Below are positions 32,426-41,114 of a stretch of DNA of 64,000 bases, piece by piece. Numbering within the stretch: position 1 is the stretch's first letter; every line of letters starts with the position of its first letter. Under the pieces are notes generated by a model. It was not told where the DNA came from. It did not search any database and worked only from the letters and a program-made list of their open reading frames with translations. The stretch is taken from assembly GCA_965217895.1 (NCBI GenBank), contig CBDCJV010000002.1, positions 736,001 to 800,000 of the forward strand. The letters are read 5' to 3'. Source of the DNA: Waterburya sp. Its GTDB lineage: Bacteria > Cyanobacteriota > Cyanobacteriia > Cyanobacteriales > Xenococcaceae. A program made the position numbers and the translations under genes.

Positions 32426-32584
32426 TTACTTTGGTTGGGGAATAGGTTGTGGAATAGGCGTTGGTACAGGTTGTGGAATAGGCGTTGGTACTGGCTGCGG
32501 AATAGGCGTTGGTACAGGTTGTGGTTGGGGAGTAGGGACGGGTTGAGGACTGGGACTAGGAGGTGCTGGAGGTGCTTCAATCAT
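32426..32584 (-). CDS. 52-aa proline-rich repeat peptide, missing from the ORF track
   Basis: MIEAPPAPPSPSPQPVPTPQPQPVPTPIPQPVPTPIPQPVPTPIPQPIPQPK; 24-nt repeat units differ at synonymous positions. Confidence 0.6.
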   Translation of the reverse strand: MIEAPPAPPSPSPQPVPTPQPQPVPTPIPQPVPTPIPQPVPTPIPQPIPQPK

Positions 32585-32664
32585 TTTTAGTTTAGTTGTT
32601 AGTTTTTACAAAAGATAATTGTAATGTTTTAAACAAGAATTAGACGGCAGTAAGCTGTTTAATC

Positions 32665-32860
32665 TCAAACTCGTTCGATGGCAGGAAAACCTTCAGGTGT
32701 GCTAGGAATTTTAATCATTACGCTTTCACAGTCGATAGCCTTATAGTATCGTAATGCTTCTTTGATCGTATCCTCTGTATCTCTGGCTAGATTAGGAGAG
32801 ACTTCAATGCTGACATAGCCATCGAGTCCCCCAGTTTGTTTGTAAATCTTTTTAAAGCGA
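32665..32860 (-). pseudogene. Internal transaldolase fragment
   Basis: DGYVSIEVSP and VMIKIPSTPEG (Schiff-base Lys motif); both ends missing. Confidence 0.8.
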
Positions 32861-33022
32861 TCGCAAATACTCCAGATCTCGATTCTTATCAAATTGTAAT
32901 ACAGGATCGAATAATATCAAGCTTGGCAATTCTGAACCCGCCAGATACAAGTGAACCTTTTTTATGAACTTGAAATAACATATTGAAGTGGTGATATTAG
33001 AAACTAAAAGATTTAGATACGT

Positions 33023-33964
33023 CTATTTACTGTTTAAATAGTAGTCAATTATGGTTTGTCGATAAAATAAAGGCATTCCTGTATCGTAATATTTTCCTTG
33101 AACGAGATAAGCGATCGCGCCATTAGTTTGCCTTAGTTTATCGAGACAGGTTGTCAACTGAAACTCGCCTTTAAAACGTTCATTATTATCAATTTCTGCT
33201 GCTAATAAATTAAAGATTTCTGATTCTAAAACGTACATACCAAAAATACCGAGGAATCGATCGTCAGGCATTCCTGGGACTTGTAAATGTTCTCTGGCAT
33301 ACTCTAGGGATGGTTTTTCGTAAATTTGGGCAATATCTAAAATTGATGGCGAGGGACGCTGCTTCGCAAGCAGCTTGTCCAATCGCCATGGCGATTGTTC
33401 CCTTTGCCAAGTGCCACCAACACAACCTGCTTTATGAATAATATTGGCATCCATAGGAGTTATACCGATAACGCTGGTATTTGTTTGCTGATAAATATCG
33501 ATCATTTGTTTGGCACAGGAAAACTCAGTGTCCGAAGTGTAGATATGATCTCCGAGCAATAGTAAAAACGGTTCGTTGTTAACCCAATCTTGGGCGCAAA
33601 AAACAGCATGACCAAATCCTTCTTGTTCGGTTTGAGTCAAAATTGTAATGCGATCGCCAATAGCCTGTAGATATTCAGTATATTCTTTGTTTTCGGCTGA
33701 AAGTTTTTGCCACAATTCAGGTTTTGGAGGAGACTTAAACAGATCCTCAAATAAATTGCGATCGCTTTGCTGCACCACAATTCCAATTTCTTCAATCCCT
33801 GCGCTAATCGCTTCTTCAGCGATCGCCAGAATAATTGGCTTGGCTTTACCGTCTTTGCCGATAATAGGCAGCAGTTCTTTTTTTAGCGTTTTGGTAGCTG
33901 GATACATTCTCGTACCAAAACCCGCAGCAGGAATGATTGCTTTACGTACTTGTTTACTAGACAT
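33023..33964 (-). CDS. UTP--glucose-1-phosphate uridylyltransferase-like nucleotidyltransferase
   Basis: KAIIPAAGFGTRMYPATK, QEGFGHAV, LLGDH, EKP, GEFQLT. Confidence 0.85.
   Translation of the reverse strand: MSSKQVRKAIIPAAGFGTRMYPATKTLKKELLPIIGKDGKAKPIILAIAEEAISAGIEEIGIVVQQSDRNLFEDLFKSPPKPELWQKLSAENKEYTEYLQAIGDRITILTQTEQEGFGHAVFCAQDWVNNEPFLLLLGDHIYTSDTEFSCAKQMIDIYQQTNTSVIGITPMDANIIHKAGCVGGTWQREQSPWRLDKLLAKQRPSPSILDIAQIYEKPSLEYAREHLQVPGMPDDRFLGIFGMYVLESEIFNLLAAEIDNNERFKGEFQLTTCLDKLRQTNGAIAYLVQGKYYDTGMPLFYRQTIIDYYLNSK
33353..33382. repeat. 30-nt hairpin element inserted in frame into a HIP1 site inside a CDS
   Basis: GCGA|GGGACGCTGCTTCGCAAGCAGCTTGTCCAA|TCGC. Confidence 0.7.
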
Positions 33965-34135
33965 TACAACAGTTAGAGCAGTTAGAGTAGAGCAGTTAGA
34001 GCAGTTAGGACAGTTTTACCTTGGAGAAATGGACAGCTTTTTTCTTACTTTATAAAAAATGTCCGAATCATTGTTATTAACATTTGTCATTTAGTTTTTT
34101 AATACCATAGATTCAAATCCTTATTTGAACGAGTC

Positions 34136-34167
34136 AATGTTTAATGTTTAATGTTTAATGTTTAATG
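34136..34167. repeat. Heptamer tandem repeat (AATGTTT)x4
   Basis: Read directly; a related (ATTTAAC)n tract lies near 35287-35326. Confidence 0.9.
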
Positions 34168-34169
34168 AT

Positions 34170-35294
34170 TTAATACATTTCATATTTCAAGAGAGTACAG
34201 GGAATTGCACCGTTATAAAGTTTGATGCGCTTGGAAGTCCTTAAACCTACCTGTTTAGATAGCTTCATGCTGCCTGTCAGGATATACACCGTCCAACCTC
34301 TAAATCTTTGTTTAAAAATATCTCCCAGCAGCTTATATAGTTCTCCTAATTCAGCTTCGTTGCCCAATCTTACGCCATAGGGAGGATTGCAAATCAAAAC
34401 TCCTCGATCTGCTGGTGCTTCAATAGTTGAAATTTCTTGACGAGCAAATTTTACATAGTCTTCAAGTCCAGAACTTTCAGCGTTAGCAAAAGCCTGTCTG
34501 ATAATTTTTAGATCGCGATCGCTGCCAATTATCGGTACGTTTATACTATCTTTTTGGCGATCGCCTGCTTCTTTAAGTAAACTTTGCCATAAATCGCGAT
34601 CGTAATCTAGCCATGTCTGAAAAGTAAAATCTCGGTATAGTCCAGGAGCGATGTCCAAAGCTTTTAAAGCTGCTTCAATCGGTAATGTGCCACTGCCACA
34701 CATCGGGTCGAGAAAAGGTAAGTCGGGTGTCCATTCCGCCATTTCTAACAAAGCTGCTGCTAATGTCTCTTTCATCGGCGCATCACCCATAGCAGGGCGG
34801 TATCCACGACGATGCAAGCTAGAGCCTGAGCTATCTAAACTTAAGATACAGTGTTCTCGATCGATGTGAGCGTTGATAATCAGATCGGGGTTTTCCGTAT
34901 CTACACTAGAGCGTTTTCCGCGCCGACTCTTCTGTAGATCGACGATCGCATTTTTAATTTGTAAAGCCGTAAAGTGAGTATGGTTAAGATTTTGACTTTT
35001 ACCTGTACAGGTAACGGCGAGCGTCATATTAGGATCGAGGTACTGCTCCCAATCTAGCTTCTGCACGTTGCGATAAAGCTCATCTCCATCAAAACTCTTG
35101 ATTCTGGCAATGGGCATTAGAATCCGAAAAGTTGTCCTTGTCCATAGGTTAGCCCGATAAAGTAATTCGCGATTGCCTTGAAAATGAACCCCTGTAAAGT
35201 CTGGGCGCACATTTTCTGCTCCAATTCTGATTAATTCTTGAGCAGCAACTTCTTCCAAACCGCGAGATGTGGTGGCAAAGTAATCATTTAACAT
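34170..35294 (-). CDS. THUMP-domain RNA methyltransferase (RlmL-like)
   Basis: SLHRRGYR, APMKETLAA, DPMCGSGT, NPPYG. Confidence 0.9.
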   Translation of the reverse strand: MLNDYFATTSRGLEEVAAQELIRIGAENVRPDFTGVHFQGNRELLYRANLWTRTTFRILMPIARIKSFDGDELYRNVQKLDWEQYLDPNMTLAVTCTGKSQNLNHTHFTALQIKNAIVDLQKSRRGKRSSVDTENPDLIINAHIDREHCILSLDSSGSSLHRRGYRPAMGDAPMKETLAAALLEMAEWTPDLPFLDPMCGSGTLPIEAALKALDIAPGLYRDFTFQTWLDYDRDLWQSLLKEAGDRQKDSINVPIIGSDRDLKIIRQAFANAESSGLEDYVKFARQEISTIEAPADRGVLICNPPYGVRLGNEAELGELYKLLGDIFKQRFRGWTVYILTGSMKLSKQVGLRTSKRIKLYNGAIPCTLLKYEMY

Positions 35295-35408
35295 TTAATA
35301 TTCAACATTTAACATTTAACATTTAATAGCCATAGCCGTAGGGTGGGCAGAAAAAATAATTAATCATCTTGTCAATCAAAATATCCTGTTTATGCCCACC
35401 TGGTAGCA

Positions 35409-36050
35409 TTAATTTAACCTAATTTGGGTTTCGGTTTTGCTTAGATGAGAAGTATCACCATAAAAGTCTAAACTCCAGCGATTATGATCATTGCGAACAA
35501 CTTTAGTTAAGCAGCAAAGAGCAACTTTAAAGTCAGGTGTATCAGCTACTAATCCTTGGGCTGCGCCAAATACCGATACACCGTGTCCGACGATTAAAAT
35601 ATCTTCAGAAAACTGAGAAACTAATTGCCTGACTGTTTTTTCTGTACGTTGATAAACATCCGCTCTTCTTTCGGGATATTGAGCAGTCAAATAAGATTTA
35701 TAATTCCAATCAATCAAAGGGTATTCTGCCGTCAAAAAATCCTGGGGATGAATTTCTGGTTTTTCCGTCATCCATTCGGGGTTGTACCATTCACTTAAGC
35801 CAGCCTCTAGCTTAATCGGCAGATTCAAAACTTCTGCTATCTCGTTAGCGGTTTGGATAGTCCGTAGAAAAGGTGAAGCAAAAATATGGCTGATATTTTC
35901 CTGTTTTAACCTTTGTCCTAATTCTGCCGCTTGTACAAAGCCATCGTTGGATAAAGGAGGATCGTAACGTCTACGGGCGGTATTAAACCATTCTGGATTA
36001 ATAAAGTCGAGACGGTTTCCGTGTCTGGCTATCCAAACTGTTTGAGACAT
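35409..36050 (-). CDS. Histidine phosphatase family protein
   Basis: RHG, SPFLRTIQTA, VGHG motifs. Confidence 0.9.
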   Translation of the reverse strand: MSQTVWIARHGNRLDFINPEWFNTARRRYDPPLSNDGFVQAAELGQRLKQENISHIFASPFLRTIQTANEIAEVLNLPIKLEAGLSEWYNPEWMTEKPEIHPQDFLTAEYPLIDWNYKSYLTAQYPERRADVYQRTEKTVRQLVSQFSEDILIVGHGVSVFGAAQGLVADTPDFKVALCCLTKVVRNDHNRWSLDFYGDTSHLSKTETQIRLN

Positions 36051-36070
36051 TGTGTTAAATATATTTTGAG

Positions 36071-36304
36071 CTATTGTTGGTTTATACTTAGCAAAATCTT
36101 AGTGCAGGTATCATATACAAAGTTTTTTGTGTAGCTGACACCCCGATAAGTGTAAAAATGTATTGGTCTAATTAAAATAATTTCACTAGAATCAAGATCG
36201 CTTGAAAGACGGTATTTAGCCCAACGACTAACAGAATCAAGTTGCTTAGATTGAACTTCTGTTGCCTGAGATTGATAGCTAACGCCTCGATAAGTTAGTT
36301 TCAT
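36071..36304 (-). CDS. DUF4278 family small protein
   Basis: MKLTYRGVSY and a second YTYRGVSY motif. Confidence 0.7.
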   Translation of the reverse strand: MKLTYRGVSYQSQATEVQSKQLDSVSRWAKYRLSSDLDSSEIILIRPIHFYTYRGVSYTKNFVYDTCTKILLSINQQ

Positions 36305-36417
36305 ACGCTTGTTTAGTAATTTCAAAATTAAGAAAATTATTGATTACTGCTTAATACGTATGACAGACTAAAAACTTGCAATAATTGTTCAATTTAGCAT
36401 TTGGGCGATCGCCTAAA

Positions 36418-36549
36418 TATAGTCATTCCAATTAATTTCCTCGTGATTGACTGGTTTTAAGTCAGAGGTCAGAGGTCAGAGGTCAGGAGAGTTTGAGACA
36501 CTTATCACAGTTTTCCTTTTTCGTATGGTTTCTATTTGGAATGACTATA
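36418..36549. mobile_element. MITE-like element with 14-bp terminal inverted repeats and internal (TCAGAGG)x3
   Basis: TATAGTCATTCCAA ... TTGGAATGACTATA. Confidence 0.7.
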
Positions 36550-36666
36550 GAATAAATACGCTCAAAAAGCGATTCAGCTCGGTCTTTGCGAAAGTCTCCC
36601 CCATGAGCGACTGAATCAACAAAGGCTTAAGCCGCATATAGCGATCGCATTAGCAGTCTAGTTTTT

Positions 36667-37167
36667 CTACCTACAGCCTAAAGATTCGCGGGTATCTATT
36701 CCTGTCTTTGGATTAACACCTGAAGCATTCTCACAAAGTTGTTTAACCTGCGATTTGTCTAAAACTGCAAAGGAAAAGTCTGCGCCATTTATTTTGGCAT
36801 CTTTAAAAGTGGAAAAAGATAAGATTGATTCTTGAAAATTAGCGTTGGTCAAATCTGCGCCATCAAAATTAGTCAAATATCCAAAGCCATAGCTAAAATC
36901 TGCCCCAGTTAAATTGGCATTAGCCAAATTAGAAGCGTTAAACACCGCACCTCGAATATCGGCATCGCTAAAATCTGCTTCTTCTAGATCGACTTTGGCA
37001 AAATCTACGCTTTGTAAAACCCTGCCAGCAAAGTCTTTATCGATCAAATCGGATTCACTATAGGTTGAGGGAGTAACCGAAGAAGAACTCCCTGCTATAG
37101 CTGGTAAAGGAACAATTAAAAGAATTAACAGCAACAAAAATGCACTTAGTCGGAGAAAATATTTCAT
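36667..37167 (-). CDS. Pentapeptide repeat protein with signal peptide
   Basis: A(D/N)(L/F)xx repeats; C-terminal [18 protein letters not shown]. Confidence 0.9.
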   Translation of the reverse strand: MKYFLRLSAFLLLLILLIVPLPAIAGSSSSVTPSTYSESDLIDKDFAGRVLQSVDFAKVDLEEADFSDADIRGAVFNASNLANANLTGADFSYGFGYLTNFDGADLTNANFQESILSFSTFKDAKINGADFSFAVLDKSQVKQLCENASGVNPKTGIDTRESLGCR

Positions 37168-37277
37168 GGATTAAATTTATTTTTAAGCAAATTTTGCTTA
37201 GAAGAACACAGTTTCTAATTGTAAATCTTCTTCTGTATCCCGTGGGAGTAATCATCCTTTAAATCACTAAAATAATT

Positions 37278-38324
37278 ATGGAAAATAATAACCAAACAGA
37301 TTTTTCGAGCTTATTACAACAACTATTAGATCGACAGTCATTGACCCAAACTCAAGCATCTCAATTAATGCAGGGATGGTTACGCTCAGAACTTGCCGAT
37401 GTCTTATCTGGAGCTATCTTAGCAGCTATTCAAGCCAAGGGAGTTTCTGCCGAAGAGTTGGCAGGAATGGCGCAGGTGTTGAAATCGCAATCTCTACAAC
37501 AAGACCAAATTATCTATGATAATCCTGTGATCGACACCTGTGGAACTGGAGGGGATGGTGCATCTACTTTTAATATTTCCACCGCAGTAGCCTTTATTGC
37601 AGCAGCAGCAGGAATCAAAGTAGCCAAACACGGTAACCGTTCTGCTTCTAGTAAAGTTGGTTCAGCCGATGTTTTAGAATATCTTGGCGTTGACTTGACT
37701 GCACCTTTACCTAAAGTGAAAGCAGCATTAGACGAAGTTGGAATTACTTTTCTCTTTGCCCGTGGCTGGCATCCGGCGATGAAAAGCGTTGCGCCTATAC
37801 GCAGTACTCTTAAAGTTAGAACAGTTTTTAATCTTCTTGGTCCACTGGTAAATCCTCTTTGCCCTACTGGTCAAGTGATCGGCGTTTACGATCGCTCATT
37901 TCTCAGTAGCATGGCGGAGGCTTTGAATATACTGGGAATTTCTAAAGCGATCGCTCTTCATGGTAGAGAAAGGTTAGATGAGGCAGGACTAGGAGATGCT
38001 ACGGATTTAATGATGTTAAATAAGGGAAAAGTTACACCAGGTATTTTTAGTCCCCAAACTTTAGGTCTAAAATCCGCTTCTTTAAAAGAGCTTAAAGGAG
38101 GAGAAGTTGAGGAAAATGCAGCCATCTTAACTAATGTGCTTCAAGGAAAGGCAAGTAAAGCGCAGCAGGATGCAGTGGCATTGAATGCTTCGCTGGCTTT
38201 GCAGGTGGGAGAAGTAGTCCCTTTTGGCGATCACCTTCAGGGTGTAAATGTTGCCCAAGAAATTATCAATAGTGGTATTGCCTGGTCTAAATTGGAAGAG
38301 TTGGTTAGATTCCTAAAAAGTTGA
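37278..38324 (+). CDS. trpD: Anthranilate phosphoribosyltransferase
   Basis: [30 protein letters not shown]. Confidence 0.96.
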   Translation: MENNNQTDFSSLLQQLLDRQSLTQTQASQLMQGWLRSELADVLSGAILAAIQAKGVSAEELAGMAQVLKSQSLQQDQIIYDNPVIDTCGTGGDGASTFNISTAVAFIAAAAGIKVAKHGNRSASSKVGSADVLEYLGVDLTAPLPKVKAALDEVGITFLFARGWHPAMKSVAPIRSTLKVRTVFNLLGPLVNPLCPTGQVIGVYDRSFLSSMAEALNILGISKAIALHGRERLDEAGLGDATDLMMLNKGKVTPGIFSPQTLGLKSASLKELKGGEVEENAAILTNVLQGKASKAQQDAVALNASLALQVGEVVPFGDHLQGVNVAQEIINSGIAWSKLEELVRFLKS

Positions 38325-38356
38325 AGTTTATCTCAGATAGAAACTTCACTATGATC

Positions 38357-39554
38357 GGGAGCAAGTCAATTATGCAAGAACATAAGTACTACTGAGTAAA
38401 AAGAGTATTGTTGAGATAGGCGCATCGATGTTTTAAGACTTGTGGTACATTTTCAATTTTCCATTGCGCGCCTGAAATTTTTAGTCTTCGGTCTATCTGC
38501 TTAACGGTAGACTCCACCCCACCTGAAGCAATGGCACAAATATTTTCTGCTTGATAATAATCATAGTTGACAATGCGATCGCGATGATTTTCTAAATAAG
38601 TACAAAAGTTTTGTGCTTGTTTCTTTTTTAAAGGCGAAAATAAAGCTAAAGTTTCATTAACTTTTCCCTGCCATAAAAGACTTTTTCCTTGCTCGATGCG
38701 TTTATTTGAACCGCCGACTTTATAAAGATTCTCTACGAGATGAAACCAGTCTAGAATTTGTCTAGTTTCACCTTCGCGATTGAACTGGTTCATTAGATTC
38801 CAAATTCCTTGATGACCATCTGCCACACAATTCAACACACATCAAAGGGTTGTTGATTGACCCCTTTAACTAGTTCTTCATTCTCCTGAAACCATGCCAT
38901 TCTTGATTGTGAATCAATACAGACTGCTTTATAGTCTCTCCAGATACAGGATTGGCCTTTGCGTTCCGTTCTCAGACGTACTTTTCCTCCGTCAACACTA
39001 ATCTCTGATACTTTCGCTTCACAGTTAGCTTCCCTAAATTGATGTCGATGAACCAATCTCTGTTGAGTTTTCTCTGAAACTATCATTCCTGTGTATCTTG
39101 CTACATCTTGAGATGCACTCTCATAAGAGACATTGGCACTAGCTCTGAGGCAGCATTCCGTTAAATAAGGACTAATTCTTTGATGAGATTTTATTTTTAG
39201 TCTATGACCTTGTTTTTCGCTAATTGGCAGTTTTCCAATGATACTCTTGATGTTTCTTACTCTTCCTGCTTTTGTTCCTGTAGTTTGCTGAATAAAAAAA
39301 TGCCCAATTGAGGGGTAATGTATTCAAGAGTTTGTTCTCTAATTGTCGCTTCTATTTTACCTAGACTCTCTACTTGTTCTGCTTCAGTTTCTTGATAAAG
39401 TAAAGCAGCAATAGCTTCTATGTGTTGCGCTAACTTTTGTTCTGTTTCAGGAGTCATTTATTTTTATTTTGTCACTGCTAACTTTGGCTTTATTCTACCT
39501 TCTACTTTTTTATTCACTTTAGTTCATTTGTTCTGTCAAAACTGACTTGCTCCC
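38357..39554 (-). mobile_element. ISKra4-like insertion sequence (1198 bp), transposase split over three frames
   Basis: TIRs GGGAGCAAGTCAATTATGCAAGAAC and GGGAGCAAGTCAGTTTTGACAGAAC; ATC on both flanks; SVDGGKVRLR, DGHQGIWN, ILDWFHL, SGGVES motifs; frame shifts near the T7 run (~39295) and near 38835. Confidence 0.88.
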
Positions 39555-39992
39555 ATCGCCTTCTCTTAAATGACGTCCATCGCGATCGGCTATATATGTT
39601 ACTTCTCCATCCACATCAAAGGCTAAATGCTTGAAACGAACTGCTCTTACAGTCCCCTCACCAGCTACCCAGTTACGAATGGGGCTTTTGAGTGTCGCTA
39701 CAGTACGAACATTTAGAGGTGCGGTTTTGGTAACTATCGCCTGTTCGCTGTTTTTATCCCGAATCCGCATTACGGAGATGCCTCCAACAGCTAGTACTAA
39801 ACTCAGGATAGGAATGACCCATCAGAAGTTCTTACTTCCTTTTGACTCAGGCTGTTGCTCTGCTTGTGGCAAATTTGGATTCTCTACAGTTGATTCGACT
39901 ACAATTGTTTTTTCAAGATCGTCGTTGGTAGGTTCTAGATCGGCGAACTCCTCGGAATTAGTTGAATTTATTTTAGGTATAGACATAGACAT
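39555..39992 (-). pseudogene. N-terminal remnant of an RND efflux periplasmic adaptor
   Basis: From ATG 39992: in-frame TGA at 39822-39824 before a TM segment, then GTVRAVRFKHLAFDVDGEVTYI...LREGD, cut by the IS end. Confidence 0.7.
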
Positions 39993-40050
39993 GAGTAAAT
40001 TTAATTATGGAAGTAATGAATAGAAGTAATTTAGAAAATATTTATCTTGA

Positions 40051-40080
40051 TGACCAAGTAGTTATGTGACTTATTGGTCA
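40051..40080. promoter_or_regulatory. Tandem TGAC-N6-GTCA operator upstream of the adaptor pseudogene
   Basis: TGACCAAGTAGTTA-TG-TGACTTATTGGTCA. Confidence 0.7.
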
Positions 40081-40195
40081 CATTACGACACAAATATTTT
40101 TTGCTGTTAATTTAGCTAACAGTAATCGCTCTCAAAATAGGGTTGAACGAGTTAAATATTTATTAATTGATAGCAGCGATCGCAAAAACATTTAT

Positions 40196-40909
40196 TTATC
40201 TCTTAGAAGTAGTAGCAACTCTCGTCGCCTTGCTTTTAGTAGATTTGGACGGGCTTTTGCTACCTAATCCGCATTCGAGAATTTGAAACAGGTCATCATA
40301 TATTTGGTTAATAGCATTCAGATCGATATCTTTATCTACTCCTTTCTCAACTAACTGTTTGGTATCCAAACCGAGTTGTGCGGGAATATAATGTCTCAAT
40401 CCTTCTCCTAAAGTATTAATGGCGAAAACTGCCATATCTAAGTTGATATCATTGGCTACATCTCCCTGTTCGATACCGTTTTGCACCAACTGCTTTAAAT
40501 ATTCGTTAGATGAGGCTTGAGTCATAGCTAAAACTTCTTCACGAAAAGGTATATCGCCATATACGGCACGATTGATAATTTGGCTTAATGCGGGATGAGT
40601 TAAGTCAAATTTAGTCCCCACGCTAAATAACCAACGTAGGTAGGGGAAGAAACCCATATTGGATTCGGGTGGTTTTGCCTGTTGCATGAAGGCTAGTTTC
40701 TCTTTGTTAGCTAGATCTACTAGATATAAATAAAGCTCTTTTTTGTCTTCAAAATATTGGTAAAAACTGCCTTTAGCGATCTTCGCTTGTTTGACAATTT
40801 TGGTAATCGAAGCATTTTGATAATCGTTATTAGCAAATTCGGCGATCGCCAGATCGGTAATTGTCTGTCGCTTTTTATTTGGTAGGTTAAAAAATGTTTG
40901 GTTTGGCAT
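40196..40909 (-). CDS. TetR/AcrR family transcriptional regulator
   Basis: HTH with IAKGSFYQYFEDKKELY. Confidence 0.92.
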   Translation of the reverse strand: MPNQTFFNLPNKKRQTITDLAIAEFANNDYQNASITKIVKQAKIAKGSFYQYFEDKKELYLYLVDLANKEKLAFMQQAKPPESNMGFFPYLRWLFSVGTKFDLTHPALSQIINRAVYGDIPFREEVLAMTQASSNEYLKQLVQNGIEQGDVANDINLDMAVFAINTLGEGLRHYIPAQLGLDTKQLVEKGVDKDIDLNAINQIYDDLFQILECGLGSKSPSKSTKSKATRVATTSKR

Positions 40910-40934
40910 AGCAAAAAGCTATTGATTTGTATTA

Positions 40935-40964
40935 TGACTGTTACGTCACATGACTTATTAGTCA
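40935..40964. promoter_or_regulatory. Tandem TGAC-N6-GTCA autoregulatory operator
   Basis: TGACTGTTACGTCA-CA-TGACTTATTAGTCA just upstream of the tetR start. Confidence 0.75.
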
Positions 40965-41114
40965 CACAATGACAACATAGCTGTCAATTTTTAGAAAAAT
41001 TACAATAGCTAAAATTATTGTATTCCCCTACTATTTAAGAATTATCAAATTTTTGTGATAATTATCAATTTTTTATGATACTAATAATAGTTTAATTCAG
41101 GAGTAACCCTAGTC

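Noticed and set aside
18937..39824. Stop-codon recoding to explain the in-frame stops at 18937, 31739 and 39822
   Set aside because: The stops differ (TAA, TAA, TGA), fall in dispensable or otherwise damaged genes, and intact genes use the standard code. Nonsense mutation or sequencing error is simpler.
39631..40023. 130-aa plus-strand ORF
   Set aside because: Antisense shadow of the efflux adaptor pseudogene.
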